Shown here: piece by piece, positions 14,464 through 26,164 of the stretch
Position numbering within the stretch: the first letter of the stretch is position 1
How the letters are laid out: each line of letters begins with the position of its first letter
Assembly (NCBI RefSeq): GCF_028641065.1
Contig: NC_073411.1
Location: 7,378,001-7,442,000, forward strand
Reading direction: 5' to 3'
DNA from: Leucoraja erinacea
Lineage: Eukaryota
DNA length: 64,000 bases
The notes under the pieces: model-generated
What the model was told of the DNA's origin: nothing
The model's database searches: none
The model's input: only the letters and a program-made list of their open reading frames with translations
Made by a program: the position numbers and the translations under genes

Positions 14464-15571
14464 GGTACACAAAATTGCTGGAGAAACTCAGCGGATGCAG
14501 CAGCATCTATGGAGCGAAGAAAATAGGCGACGTTTCGGGCCGAAACCCTTCTTCAGACTGATGGGGGGTGGGAGGGGAGAAGGAAGGAAAAAGGGGAGGA
14601 GGAGGAGCCCGAGGGCAGGGGGATGGGAGGTGACAGCTCGAGGGTTAAGGAAGGGGAGGAGACGGCAAGGGCTAGCAAAATTGGGAGAATTCAACATTCA
14701 TGCCATCAGGATGCAAGCTGCCCAGGCGGAATATGAGGCGCTGTTCCTCCAATTTCCGGTGTTGCTCACTCTGGCAATGGAGGAGACCCAGGACAGAGAG
14801 GTCGGATTGGGAATGGGAGGGGGAGTTGAAGTGCTGAGCCACCGGGAGTTCAGGTAGGTTATTGCGGACTGAGCGGAGGTGTTCGGCGAAACGATCGCCC
14901 AACCGCCGCTTAGTCTCCCCGATGTAAATCAGCTGACATCTAGAGCAGCGAATGCAGTAGATGATGTTGGAGGAGATACAGGTGAACTTTTGTCGCACCT
15001 GGAACGACTGCTTGGGACCTTGAATGGAGTCGAGGGGGGAGGTGAAGGGACAGGTGTTGCATTTCTTGCGGTTGCAACGGAAAGTGCCCGGGGAGGGGGT
15101 GGTACTGGAGGGAAGGGAAGAATTGACAAGGGAGTTGCGGAGGGAGCGGTCTTTGCGGAAGGCAGACATGGGGGGAGATGGGAAGATGTGGCGAGTGGTG
15201 GGGTCACGTTGGAGGTGGCGGAAATGGCGGAGGATTATGTGTTGTATTTGCCGGCTGGTGGGGTGAAAGGTGAGGACCAGGGGGACTCTGCCCTTGTTGC
15301 GAGTGCGGGGATGGGGAGAGAGAGCAGTGTTGCGGGGTATGGATGAGACCCTGGTGCGAGCCTCATCTATGGTGGCGGAGGGGAATCCCCGTTCCCTGAA
15401 GAACGAGGACATTTCCGATGCCCTGGTATGGAATGTCTCATCCTGGGAACAGATGCGGCGTAGGTGGAGGAATTGGGAGTAGGGGATGGAGTCTTTACAG
15501 GGGGCAGGGTGGGAAGACGTGTAATCCAGATAGCCATGTGAGTCAGTTGGTTTGTAGTGTAAGACCGCAGA
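14464..15571 (-). mobile_element. 5'-truncated Penelope-like element (Neptune type): RT C-terminus, Cys linker, GIY-YIG endonuclease and 3' repeat
   Basis: Uninterrupted ORF from ~15560 down to 14672: YKPTDSHGYLDYTSSHP...SIPYSQFLHLRRICS (PLE RT thumb), CNRKKCNTC (Cys-rich linker), NIIYCIRC..C.LIYIGET.R.L..RFAEH (GIY-YIG). Flanked by an 11-bp duplication GACAGGTAGCA. Confidence 0.92.
14529..14556 (-). ncRNA. Minimal type I hammerhead ribozyme motif in the PLE 3' repeat
   Basis: Minus strand reads CTGAAGA-A-GGGT-TTCG-GCCC-GAAA-CG-TC: conserved core, stem II with a UUCG loop, palindromic ACGT in place of stem III, and a GUC cleavage triplet. Confidence 0.7.
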
Positions 15572-16284
15572 GACAGGTAGCATCTCTGGAGAGAAGAAAT
15601 GGGCAAAGTTTCTGGTCGAGACCCTTCTTCAGATTGAGAGTCAGGGGAGAAGGAAAATGGAGATATGGAAGAGTAGAAAAAGAGTATAAGGTGTACCCAT
15701 AATCCTTTCCCTATATTTCTAGCCAACATCTTGTGCAGTAACTATGTAAGCTTGAATTGGATCAGGGTTTGCAGCAAACAGACTTCACATTTGATTGACT
15801 CGGGCTTTTCTGATCAGCCTCCATCTATTTTTTGAGTTCCTGCCCACACTGTGATTTTATGCACATTTTCTTCACCTGCCACCATCAGGTTTCAGAAAAC
15901 CATTGGATGTACTGAGCTGAATGGAGAAGGGAGGGTGAGATTCAATGACTAGGCTTCCGAGACGAAAAAGAAACTCCTTCTCCCCTGTCTTACAGTGTGG
16001 TAGCCCATCACAAGAATGCCCCAGGTCTTTCGACAAACATAATGGGATTAGTAGAGAGTATACTTCCTCTATTCTCTGCCATGACAAACCCTGTGAACTA
16101 TAAGGGTCTGAAGAAGGGGTTCGGCCTGAAACGTTGCCTATTTCCTTCGCTCCATAGATGCTGCTGCACCCGCTGTGTACCTGTGAACTATAGTTGGATG
16201 TTCTGATTACTTCAGCCAGTTATAACCAGCATACAATTGGAAGAAAATTCCAAGAAGTTACTTTTTGATTTTATTAATTTTTAA

Positions 16285-17080
16285 GGTTGTAGATGTTGTT
16301 GGCAAAGGCCATGGCAAATTGTTCTTCCCAATTGCCCTTGAAAAGATAGAGGGGGGAGACACCTTCCTGAATTATTGTTGTTTTTATGGAGAAGGTTCTC
16401 TGCAACGCTGTATGGTAGAGAGTTCCAGGATATCATTTCAATTAATGGTAATATATTTGCAATTCAGGACGCTGCACATCGCGGAGGGCAAGCTATGTGT
16501 GGTGGTACTCCAAAATGCCTGCTGCCCCTTGTGCTACATTGTGGTAGAAGCCATGGGTTGAGGAGATGCTAAGTGCATTTCTGCAGTTCATTTTGCGGAT
16601 GACATGCTCATGCAGTTCATGACTGTTCAGGCTGTGGTTAGGTGCCAATGGTGTTGTTGAAGTTGCACTCATCCAGATAAGTACAGAGTATTCCATCTCC
16701 CTCTGCTCTGTAAGTGTTGAAATGTCCTTGTGGGGTGGAGTCATTTGCTGCAGGATGCCTAGTCTCAGGCTAACCTAATGGACTAATTGATCAATGGTGA
16801 CCCCAAGGATAATGATGGTCGGAGGAACTGTGATGATAGCATCATTGCATATCAAGAGAAAGTGGTTGGATGCTCTCTTGGTCATTGGATTACACTTCTG
16901 CAGCAAGAATGTTCCTTGGCATCTGTTTATGCATAACTGTTATCTGAGTCTTACTGCATTTCGTAGGCCTGGACATCTTCGTTTGATGAAATATTGCTAA
17001 TGATGTGCAATCATCAGTGAATTGCCTATGTCTGACCTTATGATGGAAGAAAGTTAACTAATCAAGCAGCTGAAGATGTT
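16285..17080 (-). mobile_element. Old decayed LINE fragment (CR1/L2 group)
   Basis: Degenerate RT-like antisense sequence with the CCCAATTGCCCTTGA 3' motif typical of chondrichthyan LINEs; no intact ORF. Confidence 0.45.
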
Positions 17081-17084
17081 TAGA

Positions 17085-17555
17085 GACAACACGGAAACAG
17101 GTTCTTTGGCCCAACTTGCCCATGGCGACCAAGATGCCCCATCTACATTAGTCTCACCTGCCTGTTGTTGGCCCACGTCCCTCTAAACCTTTCATATCCA
17201 TGTACCTGTCCAAATGCCTTTTACATGTTGGTATTGTAGCTGCCTCGACTACCTTCTCTGGCAGCCGTTCCATGTATCCACCAGTCTCTGTGTGAAAATA
17301 TTGCTTCTCGGGTTCCTATTAAATCTTTCCCTGCTCACCTTAACCAATGTCCCCGGGTTCTTGATTCCTCTATTCTGGGCAAAAGACTGTGCATTTACCC
17401 TATCTATTCCTCACATAATCTTACACACCTCTATGTGATCACTACTCATCCTCCTGCATTCCAAAGAATAAAGTCCTAGCCCGTCCAACCTCTCCCTATA
17501 GCTCAGTCCTTCAAGTCCTGGCAACAACTCATGTCTTCTCTGCACTCTTTCCGGC
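17085..17555 (-). mobile_element. CR1 LINE 3' fragment
   Basis: ERVQRR..LLPGLEGLSYRERLDGLGLYSLECRRM on the minus strand, plus 3' UTR. Confidence 0.8.
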
Positions 17556-17927
17556 TTAAGCCATGAAGAAAGATTATCCGGAGGAACACCTTGAATGAAG
17601 GCCTGGGGCCGGGATAATTGAAACCTGGGATCCACTACCATCATCCTTTGATTGAGATATGTCTTCCAAAAATGAAGTGTGAATGTCTTGATGACCATTG
17701 GCTTCCATTTTATAAGGGCTTCTAAAAGCCAAGCTGGATGAGATGTTGTCTTGATGTCAATGGTGTTGACTCACGCGGTGTTTGAAGGTGGAAGGTTGGA
17801 TTTTGGGGCATACATATGATGCTACAAACAAGTTTACCTTTTTTTTACATGTTAAGTGACCTTTATCACCTGTATTCCATTACTCCAATAAGTCGATTGT
17901 CAACTGTCTGATCTTGTTTTAATTTAG

Positions 17928-18049
17928 GAACCAGATGCGGGGCCAATCACAAGTGAAGTGACAACGGAATCGGGGAGTTCGGACATTCCTCCTTCTGTTG
18001 ATAACACTCCAGAGGTGCTGAACAAGGCTCTATCAGGACTGTCTTCAAG
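17928..18049 (+). CDS. CDS2: CDS2 exon 2
   Basis: TTTAG| EPDAGPITSEVTTESGSSDIPPSVDNTPEVLNKALSGLSS(R) |GTATAG. Confidence 0.9.
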
Positions 18050-18605
18050 GTATAGTAATATTAGGGATGAAAAAGATTTGTTATCAGGTTCCTCGGGTTT
18101 GTTCTTGGCATAAGACGTAATTAGAAGTCAATTCCTTTTGACCACGAAGACTAATGCTTGCAGTTTGGACAGACATATGAAGTGTGATGTAGATCTATGC
18201 CTAGCTTGCATGTCGGGGAAATTATTGGGATTAAGTGTAAGTAATACTGCTGAAGTCAACAGAAAGCAGTATCAGGTGTAAAACCAATGATACGCCATGT
18301 GTAGACACAAAATGCTAGAGTAACCCTTCTTCTGAAGAAGGGGCTTGACCCAAAACGCCACCCATTCCTTCTCTCCAGAGACGCTGCCTGTCCCGCCGAG
18401 TTACTCCTGCATTTTTGTGTCTATAGTCACTTTAAACCAGCATCTGCAGCTGCTTCCTTCACGATACACCATGGGTCTTCCACTTGCTAAATTAGGTAAT
18501 AGAATGCTACCCCAATCAGGAATTTAAAGTATTGAGCAAATGAATTGAATTTATGATTTGGATTTAATCCACATGTTGGAACTAAAGATGTTTTCCTTTT
18601 GACAG

Positions 18606-18702
18606 ATGGAAGAATTGGTGGGTGCGAGGAATTCTGACACTGGCCATGATTACGTTCTTTTTCGTCATCATCTATCTAGGACCCATGGTTTTGATGATGA
18701 TC
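18606..18702 (+). CDS. CDS2: CDS2 exon 3
   Basis: WKNWWVRGILTLAMITFFFVIIYLGPMVLMMI; boundaries GACAG| and |GTAAGT. Confidence 0.97.
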
Positions 18703-19959
18703 GTAAGTTGCATTTAATTTATCATTCATGCTCTCTATGTATTTAGTCTGTATACTGTTTTATCTGGGGTCCTCCATTAAACTAATTTCCACATAAACAT
18801 TCAATGAACCAGCTTCAAGCTCTTGTGTTTCTGCAAGAGCAGGAAATTATTTTAATTCCATTTATCTCCCATCATACTGACTGATACGGGGATTTGGCAT
18901 CTTGAAGGTCATTTGCCATTCACTGTCCAAGAAAGATTTAACTTCCGTTTATAAAATGCCCTTTCTCAACTTTCCAACACCCAAAAACATAGTTGACTGC
19001 TTTCGAAATGTTTGGAAATGTGCCAGTTAATTTACGCGCTGCAAGTTCCCACAACATGCAGAGATTAATTGCCAATGATTTTTTATTTAAGTGGAAAAAA
19101 ACCAGCACTACAGATGCTGGAAATCTAAAACAAAAGCAGAAAATGCGAGAGATATTATTCAGGTCAGGCAGTATCTGGAGAGCGAAACTGACTTAATGCT
19201 TTATGTCAATGACCTTTCATTAGATGTGGAAAAAAAATTCAGAATAATGATTTAAATTTGCAGAGAAGAGATGGAGAGAATAAGATGAATGTCAGAGATA
19301 GGATTGTGACCAAGAAAAAAGGCGATACAGATAGGTATTGAATAGGAGAAGGTATTGAAGGCTTGTTAAAGACATTACATGGAATCACAATTAAAGGAGA
19401 GGAGGGGAGTAGGGAGCCTGTAGGGGGAACACACACTTGATTGGATTGCAACCGCCTCACTTCCATGGAAAAAATCCCCACTTTCGCTGAAGCCCAGGAC
19501 TGGTGCGATGAGTCTATGACTATATAAATAAGAGGCCAGAAGAGAGAAAATAAACTTCTCAGGCTGTAAAATACAGAATACAGCAGTTCTATAAAGTGGA
19601 AGCAGAATGTACGGGGTCAGAAAATCCAGGAGGACAAATAGACAGTATCAGGAGAGAAGGGAGACAAAAAAGCTGGAGAAACTCAGTGGGTGCAGCAGCA
19701 TCTATGGAGCGAAGGAAAAAGGCAGCGTTTCGGGCCGAAACCCTTCTTCAGTATCAGGAAAGAGCTGAGTTACTTCAGAGCTGGCCAGGGATTGAAGGCA
19801 AATAGCTCTCGATGGTAACAGCTGAAACTAAAGGAGAAAGTGCTGGAGATGTCATTAGGCAGGGCCACGTTTGCATGGGAAGAGAAAAAGAGCTATAACA
19901 CACCAGACCAGCAAGAACACATCATAAGGGATCATCGACTAAAGGTGATTGAGTTGATG

Positions 19960-20960
19960 ATCTCTCCTCTTGCTAACCCTCTCCCTAGGGCAACCCCACC
20001 ACAAAAGCAGGTGCTGTCATGCTTACAACAGAACTGTCTGGTTCAACCACAAACTGGTGGAGCTGGTTTACTGAAGTTGTCGAAATTGATGTTGAGCACT
20101 GGGGGCTGGAACATGCAAGACTGGTAGATATTGCACCATCAGATTATGCTGGGACATGAGAGCAGTGTAAGAGGCCAAAGGCGGAGACACAAGAAACTGC
20201 AGATGTTGGAATCTTGAACAAAGGAAAACGTGTTGGAGGAACGTGCAGCAGGCAGCATCAGATAGGTGATGTTTTGGGTTGGGATCCTTGCTTAAGAAGA
20301 TGTCCCGACTGAAACGTAGCCTGTCCATTCCCTTCCCTGCTGCTGCCTGACCTGCTAAGTTCCTACAGCACCTTGTGTTTTGACATAGAGGTCGGGGTAG
20401 GAGTGTAACGGGGAATTGAAGTGACAGGCAACTGGAAACACTGGGTCACCTACATGGAGTGAACAGAGGATTTTTACAAAGCAGTCATCTGATCATCAGT
20501 GTAGAGGTCACCACAGTGTGAGCAGCAAATGCAGTACACTAGAACTGCCTGGCAGTTTTGGAGGAATGTCGGACAGAAATGGGCAAATGTGACTTGCGTA
20601 GGTTGGCATCTTGGTCGGCTTAGATGGGTTGGTCAGAAGGGTTGGGTCCAAGCTGCGGGACTCTAACTCTATAGATTGCAAATGATCACTGGTTTAACTG
20701 GGATTGCTTGTGTCCTTGGATGGTGGGAAGAGAGTAAAACACCAAGGGTTGCCTCTTCTGCAATTGCATGGGAAGGTGCTGTGAGAAGGAGATTGGTATT
20801 GGTACAGATGGAAGAGTGAACCATGGGCGATGGAAGAAAACATCCTGTCAAATACTGAAAGAGGAGGGGAGGAGAAGATGTGTCGGTTGGTGGCATCTCA
20901 TTTTAAAATTGTAAAGGATCATCTGTTGAAAGTGGAGGATGGTGGTGCGGAACGTGGGGG
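19960..20960 (-). mobile_element. Degenerate Penelope-like element fragments with a nested palindromic mini-element
   Basis: Decayed similarity to the GIY-YIG region of 14672-15560 (e.g. GGGGAATTGAAGTGACAGGCAACTGG), interrupted at 20185-20385 by a palindromic repeat. Confidence 0.65.
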
Positions 20961-22023
20961 GGGGGCAAAGGGAACCCTGTCCTTGCACTGAATGACAGCG
21001 TGGGCAGTTAGGACCATTGGAACGCTACCTTTGCACGGGATGGGAGTTGGGAACGGAAGTGTGCAAATTGGAACATGTAGAACACATCTATTCAGTCCAC
21101 AAGTGTGGCCCAGAGATTTTAGTTGCTTGTCATCCTAATTCTCTATCCCACTTCAGCCTGATCGCTGCGTGCTCTGCATCTCACAGTTCCAGCACTTTTT
21201 ATATCTCCTCTGACCACTGGTCCAGACATATTAGCTGCCTTCAGTCTCTTCCCTTTGACACAGGCTTGTGTTATCTGGAAATAGACACAAAATGCAGGAA
21301 TAATGCAGGCACAAATAGACACAAAATGTATGCTGTCTGTCTATTGCCTGTCCTGCTTAATTACTCCACCATTTTGTGTCTATATCTTCAGTGTAAACCA
21401 GCATCTGCAGTTCCTTCCCACACACTGTGTAATCTGGTTTCTTTTGACCTTCATTTTAGTGCAGATTTCACTTTGTTCTTTCCATTCTCCTCTTTGTTCT
21501 GCAAGTTTAATCATGCCTCTTTTGTAAACGTTCCCAGCTATGAATAGACATTACCTACCTGCAACATCAACTGTATTTTTATTTCATTAGATGATGCCTG
21601 GTCTGAGTTTCTCCAGTATGTTCTGTTTAATGATCTGTTTTCAGTTACTGGGAGAATACTAAATGTTGGCCAAGACAGTGTGGATAATTCTAGCCTGCTA
21701 CTGGGAACTAGAGCTTCGGGTTCTTTTAGCAGCTGAGGGAACAAGCAGATTCTCGGTTATGTTTCTCATTTTGAAGGAAAGCACCTTCCAATATAATGTG
21801 TAGGAAGGAACTGCGGATGCTGATTTCCACCGAAGATAGGCACAACATGCTGGAGTTATTCCTCCCAACTGTTTGGGTAGTTTACACCCCAGTGGTATGA
21901 ACATTGACATTAAATTTCAGGTAGTCCCTGCTTTCTCCTCCCCTTCCCAGCCCTCCCTCAGCCCACTGTCTCCGCCTCTTCCTTTCATCTTCCTGCCCCC
22001 CCCTCCCCCACCCTCACATCAGT

Positions 22024-22051
22024 CTGAAGAAGGGTATTGACTCGAAACGTC
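22024..22051 (+). ncRNA. Minimal hammerhead ribozyme motif (sense to CDS2 pre-mRNA, intron 3)
   Basis: CTGAAGA-A-GGGT-ATTG-ACTC-GAAA-CG-TC in the 3' repeat of a PLE fragment (21870-22135). Confidence 0.55.
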
Positions 22052-22777
22052 GCCTATAATTCACTCCATCGTTTCCTTCGCTCCATAGATGCTGCCTCAC
22101 CCGCTGAGTTTCTCCAGCATTTTTGTCTTCTTCACAATATAATGTTCCCTAAGTACTGAATGTCAACCGGGATACTTGTGCTCTTAAGTGTGAAATGGAT
22201 CTTAAATCTACAACAGCTTATGGATGTAAGATTTGTAACAGACTCAAGAGCTCAGTCTGAAGAAGGGTCCTGACCCAAAAAGTTACCCATCCATTTTCTC
22301 CAGAAATGCTGCCTGACCCGCTGAGTTACTCCAGCATTTTGTGTCTACGGTATAAACCAGCATATGCAGTTCCTTTCTACAGCTCAGTTGTACAAACTGA
22401 GTCCACGGCTGCAATTTGTATCACTTCTGGGGGCAGCGGGGTTTTGACTGTAAAATGCATTACAGTCTACCCTCGTTACTATGGACCACTTTATAACAGA
22501 TTTTGGTTATGATTGGCGGAGTGTCCCCATAGTAATCAGACACCACTGTCTCTTTAAGAACACAGGCCTGCTTGTTACACTGCTGGAGGTTTTTGCCTTG
22601 AAAATGCCAACCTATCTGACTCTCGCAAACTCGTATTGAATTTTTATAGAAGGGTGTTGACATTTACCAATGTGCTATCGATGCAATCCTTTGTCGAATG
22701 CCACAATTAGCACCTGTGATTAGGCCCAAATAGCACTAAGAAATTATTAATTCCTTATCTGTCTATTATTTCCTTAG

Positions 22778-22875
22778 GTTCTATGTGTACAGATCAAATG
22801 CTTTCACGAGATTATTCTCATTGGTTACAGCGTTTATCGCTCCTACGATCTGCCATGGTTCCGGACTCTTAGCTG
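22778..22875 (+). CDS. CDS2: CDS2 exon 4
   Basis: [32 protein letters not shown](W); boundaries CTTAG| and |GTGAGC. Confidence 0.97.
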
Positions 22876-25800
22876 GTGAGCACGTGATAAGATTTGGCAT
22901 AAAGGCACACTTGTGGAATGTTACTGTTAAATTAAGCCCTTAGTATCATGTGAAATTTTTTAAAAAGCCATTATTATTGCATGAGTTCTTTCACGTGAAC
23001 AGCCAAAGGCTTAATTTTGTTTCTGATCAAGGTTTCTTCTGTTTTACCCAGACAATTCTGTTTCCATTTTCTCTGAGGAGATTTATGAGGTGTCTTGGTA
23101 CAATTTGACTGGCACATGTGGAAAAAATTGAAAATGCCATGTGAGATTTAAAAGCCAATTATCTAGATATACGTCTCGGCCTAACTAAGCCTTTAACTAG
23201 ATAGTAGTATATTGAAAATTAATGAGTAGGGGATGGACATTACAGCGACTCAATTCTAACCACTTGCTTGTGCATATATTGTAATGTGAGGTATTGAATA
23301 CAGTCATGCTAAAGATGGTTCTATCTTTACTGTTGTTTGATAATCTCAACCTCCCTGCACCAATGGCACATCTACACCCACTCCACCTTGCTCCCACAAC
23401 CTCATCCCCTGGAAATGAGATCTTAAGAATACAGAAAACAGGATTTACATTAAGCATTCTAATCTCAGATAGACACAAAGTGTTGGGGAAACTCAGTGGG
23501 CGAGGCAGCATCTCTGGAGAAAAAGGACGGGTGATGTTTCTGGTTGGAACCCTTCTTGAGACCTTTTATTAAAAAAATAAAAAAAATCTTAAGAGGGAAA
23601 CAATGTGGAGAACTGTGGAACTGGTAAAATGACGAAGGTGGAGGAAGAGGGGATGGTAGGGGAGGTTAAGTAGTAGTTACTTAAAATTAAATAATTCAAT
23701 GTTCATTCCTCTGGGTTGTCAGCTACCCACACAAAATATGAGGTGCTGTTCCTCCAATTTGCATGTGGCCTCACTCTGGCAATGGAGGGGGCCCAGGTCA
23801 GAAATGTCAGTATGAGATTGGCAAGGGGAGTTGAAATGGCAACCGTAAGATCCCGTATGCCTCGGCGGACCGAGCGAGACGTTTGCCCTGTTTATGTTTG
23901 GTCTTGCCGATGTACAGGAGCCCACATCAGATACACTGGTCTGAAGAAGGGTCCTGACCCGTAACATCACCTGTCCAGCACTCCAGGACTTTGTGTCTAC
24001 TGCTTGCACAGACCTCCTTGGTCTCCTTCACCCTCACCCTCACCCCTCCCCCCCCCCCCCCCCCCCCCCCCATCTCTGCAACATCTCCCAATTCCAAAGC
24101 TTATTACATGTCTTAGCTCGTTGAATTCTGTGGAATTGCTTTCTTCTGATTAATTGCTTTTTGCAGATATTCATTTCTCAATCTGTACTGTCTCCATGCT
24201 CTCAGAAATTAAAAATTTCGAATTCTCTCTGAAACATGATGGAGCATAAATCAAATGAAAATCTAAATCTTGCAAACGCTGGAAGTATGAAATCAAAGCA
24301 GAAGGTGGTGGAAATACTGAGCAGATCCAGTAGCATCTGTGGAAGGAGAAACAAAGTTAATGTTTCAGATCAAAGATCCTTCATAAGAACTGGGAACACT
24401 TGATAAAATTATTCATTGATATTGACTCTCTTGGCATAATATCAAATTTCTGTTTAATGTTACTCATTTTAAATGCTTTGGTACATTTAATTACACAGGA
24501 GATACTCCATGTAATCAAAATATTGGTCGTTTTGGTGACCCAGTCTGAGCCACAGATGACACAAACCCATCTAATTCCACTGTAAATTATTATTAATATT
24601 CATTGGTGTTTAATCATACATGAAAGCATCTATCAACATGCATTTCATTTCGAGCAATCGTCTAGACATTTATTATTAAATTAGTGACACGGAGACTCAG
24701 GACTGCAAATGTTGGAATATGGAGCAAAAATGCAAACTGTTGTCGGAACTCAGCCGGTCAAGCAGCATCTGTGAAGGCAAAGGAATGGTTGGTGTTTCAG
24801 GTTGAGATTTTGTATTAGGACTGAATTTCTAAATTAGTCCCTTGTGCCACATTCATTGTACTGATTTTTGTACTCAATATTATTTTAAGGAGTCATCAAC
24901 AACAACATGTATATTTTTTCAGCACTTTTTAATATAGTACAACATTCTATATTATTCACGGAAGTGTAAGAGAGTGTGATATAGCATGGAAAGCCCCTTT
25001 AGCCCATCAAGTTGACGATGACTATCAAACACCCAGTTACACTCTTGAATGGCAGGGTATCCCAAACCATACAATACTCCATGTTCTGCCTTACCAATCT
25101 CTTGAATAACTGAAACAAACTTCTATACTCAATGCCCTGACTGATGAAGGGATGTGAGCTAAATGCCTTCTTCACACCCTGTCTACCTGTGACGCAACGT
25201 TCATGGAATTATCATGTACATGTAATCATGTATAGTCTTTATGCTGACTGAATAGCACACAACAAAAAGCTTTTCACTGAACCTTGGTACACATAACAAT
25301 AATAAACTAAACTAAACTTATCGGCTTGTACTCCGAGGTCCCTCTGTTTTGCAAACATTTCCCAAGGCCCAAACATTTGCTGTACGAGTCCTACCCTGGT
25401 TTGACTTCCGAAAATGCGAGTTAAAGTTTAGCCTTTAGTGAGACAGTGTGGAAACAGGCCCTTCGGCCCACCGAACAGCACCAACCATCGATTACCCATA
25501 CACTAGTTCTATCCTACATACAAGGGATAATTTACAGAAGCCAATTAACCTACAACCCTGTACATCTTTGGAATATGGGAGGAAACCAAAGCACCCGGAG
25601 ATAACCCATGGAGGCAGGTACACAGTGAGAATGTACAAAATTCGTACCGACAGTACCTGTAGTCTGGATCAAACCCGGGTCTCTGCCCTGTACGGCAGCA
25701 ACTCTACCGTTGCACCACTGTGCCTCCCCACTTACTTGAATTAAATGCCATTTTCCATTCCTTGCCCACTTACTTAGCTGATCAAGACCCCACTGTAATT

Positions 25801-26024
25801 GTTGATAGTCTCCTTCACCGGCCTATATGATAATCCAATGACCACAATGGGATAGTGGTGAATTAGACAGTTCCCTTGTTTATGGAAGGCCTGTTCAGAA
25901 GCCTGACAACAGAGGAGCATGAGTCCATTGGTGCTAGCCATCCATCTTCGTAATACAATGTAGTATCCAAAAATATTGTTTACTGCTGGAAACCGTTTGA
26001 CTTTTTGCTGTTTTTCTCTGAAAG

Positions 26025-26164
26025 GTATTTCTTATTATGTGCAAACTACTTCTTCTATGGAGAGACGGTAACAGACACGTTCTTCGCATTGGTTCAGAGG
26101 GAGGAACCTCTCCGGATCCTGAGCAAATACCATCGCTTCATTTCCTTTGCTCTTTACTTGGCAG
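26025..26164 (+). CDS. CDS2: CDS2 exon 5
   Basis: YFLLCANYFFYGETVTDTFFALVQREEPLRILSKYHRFISFALYLA(G); boundaries AAAG| and |GTACTG. Confidence 0.97.
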
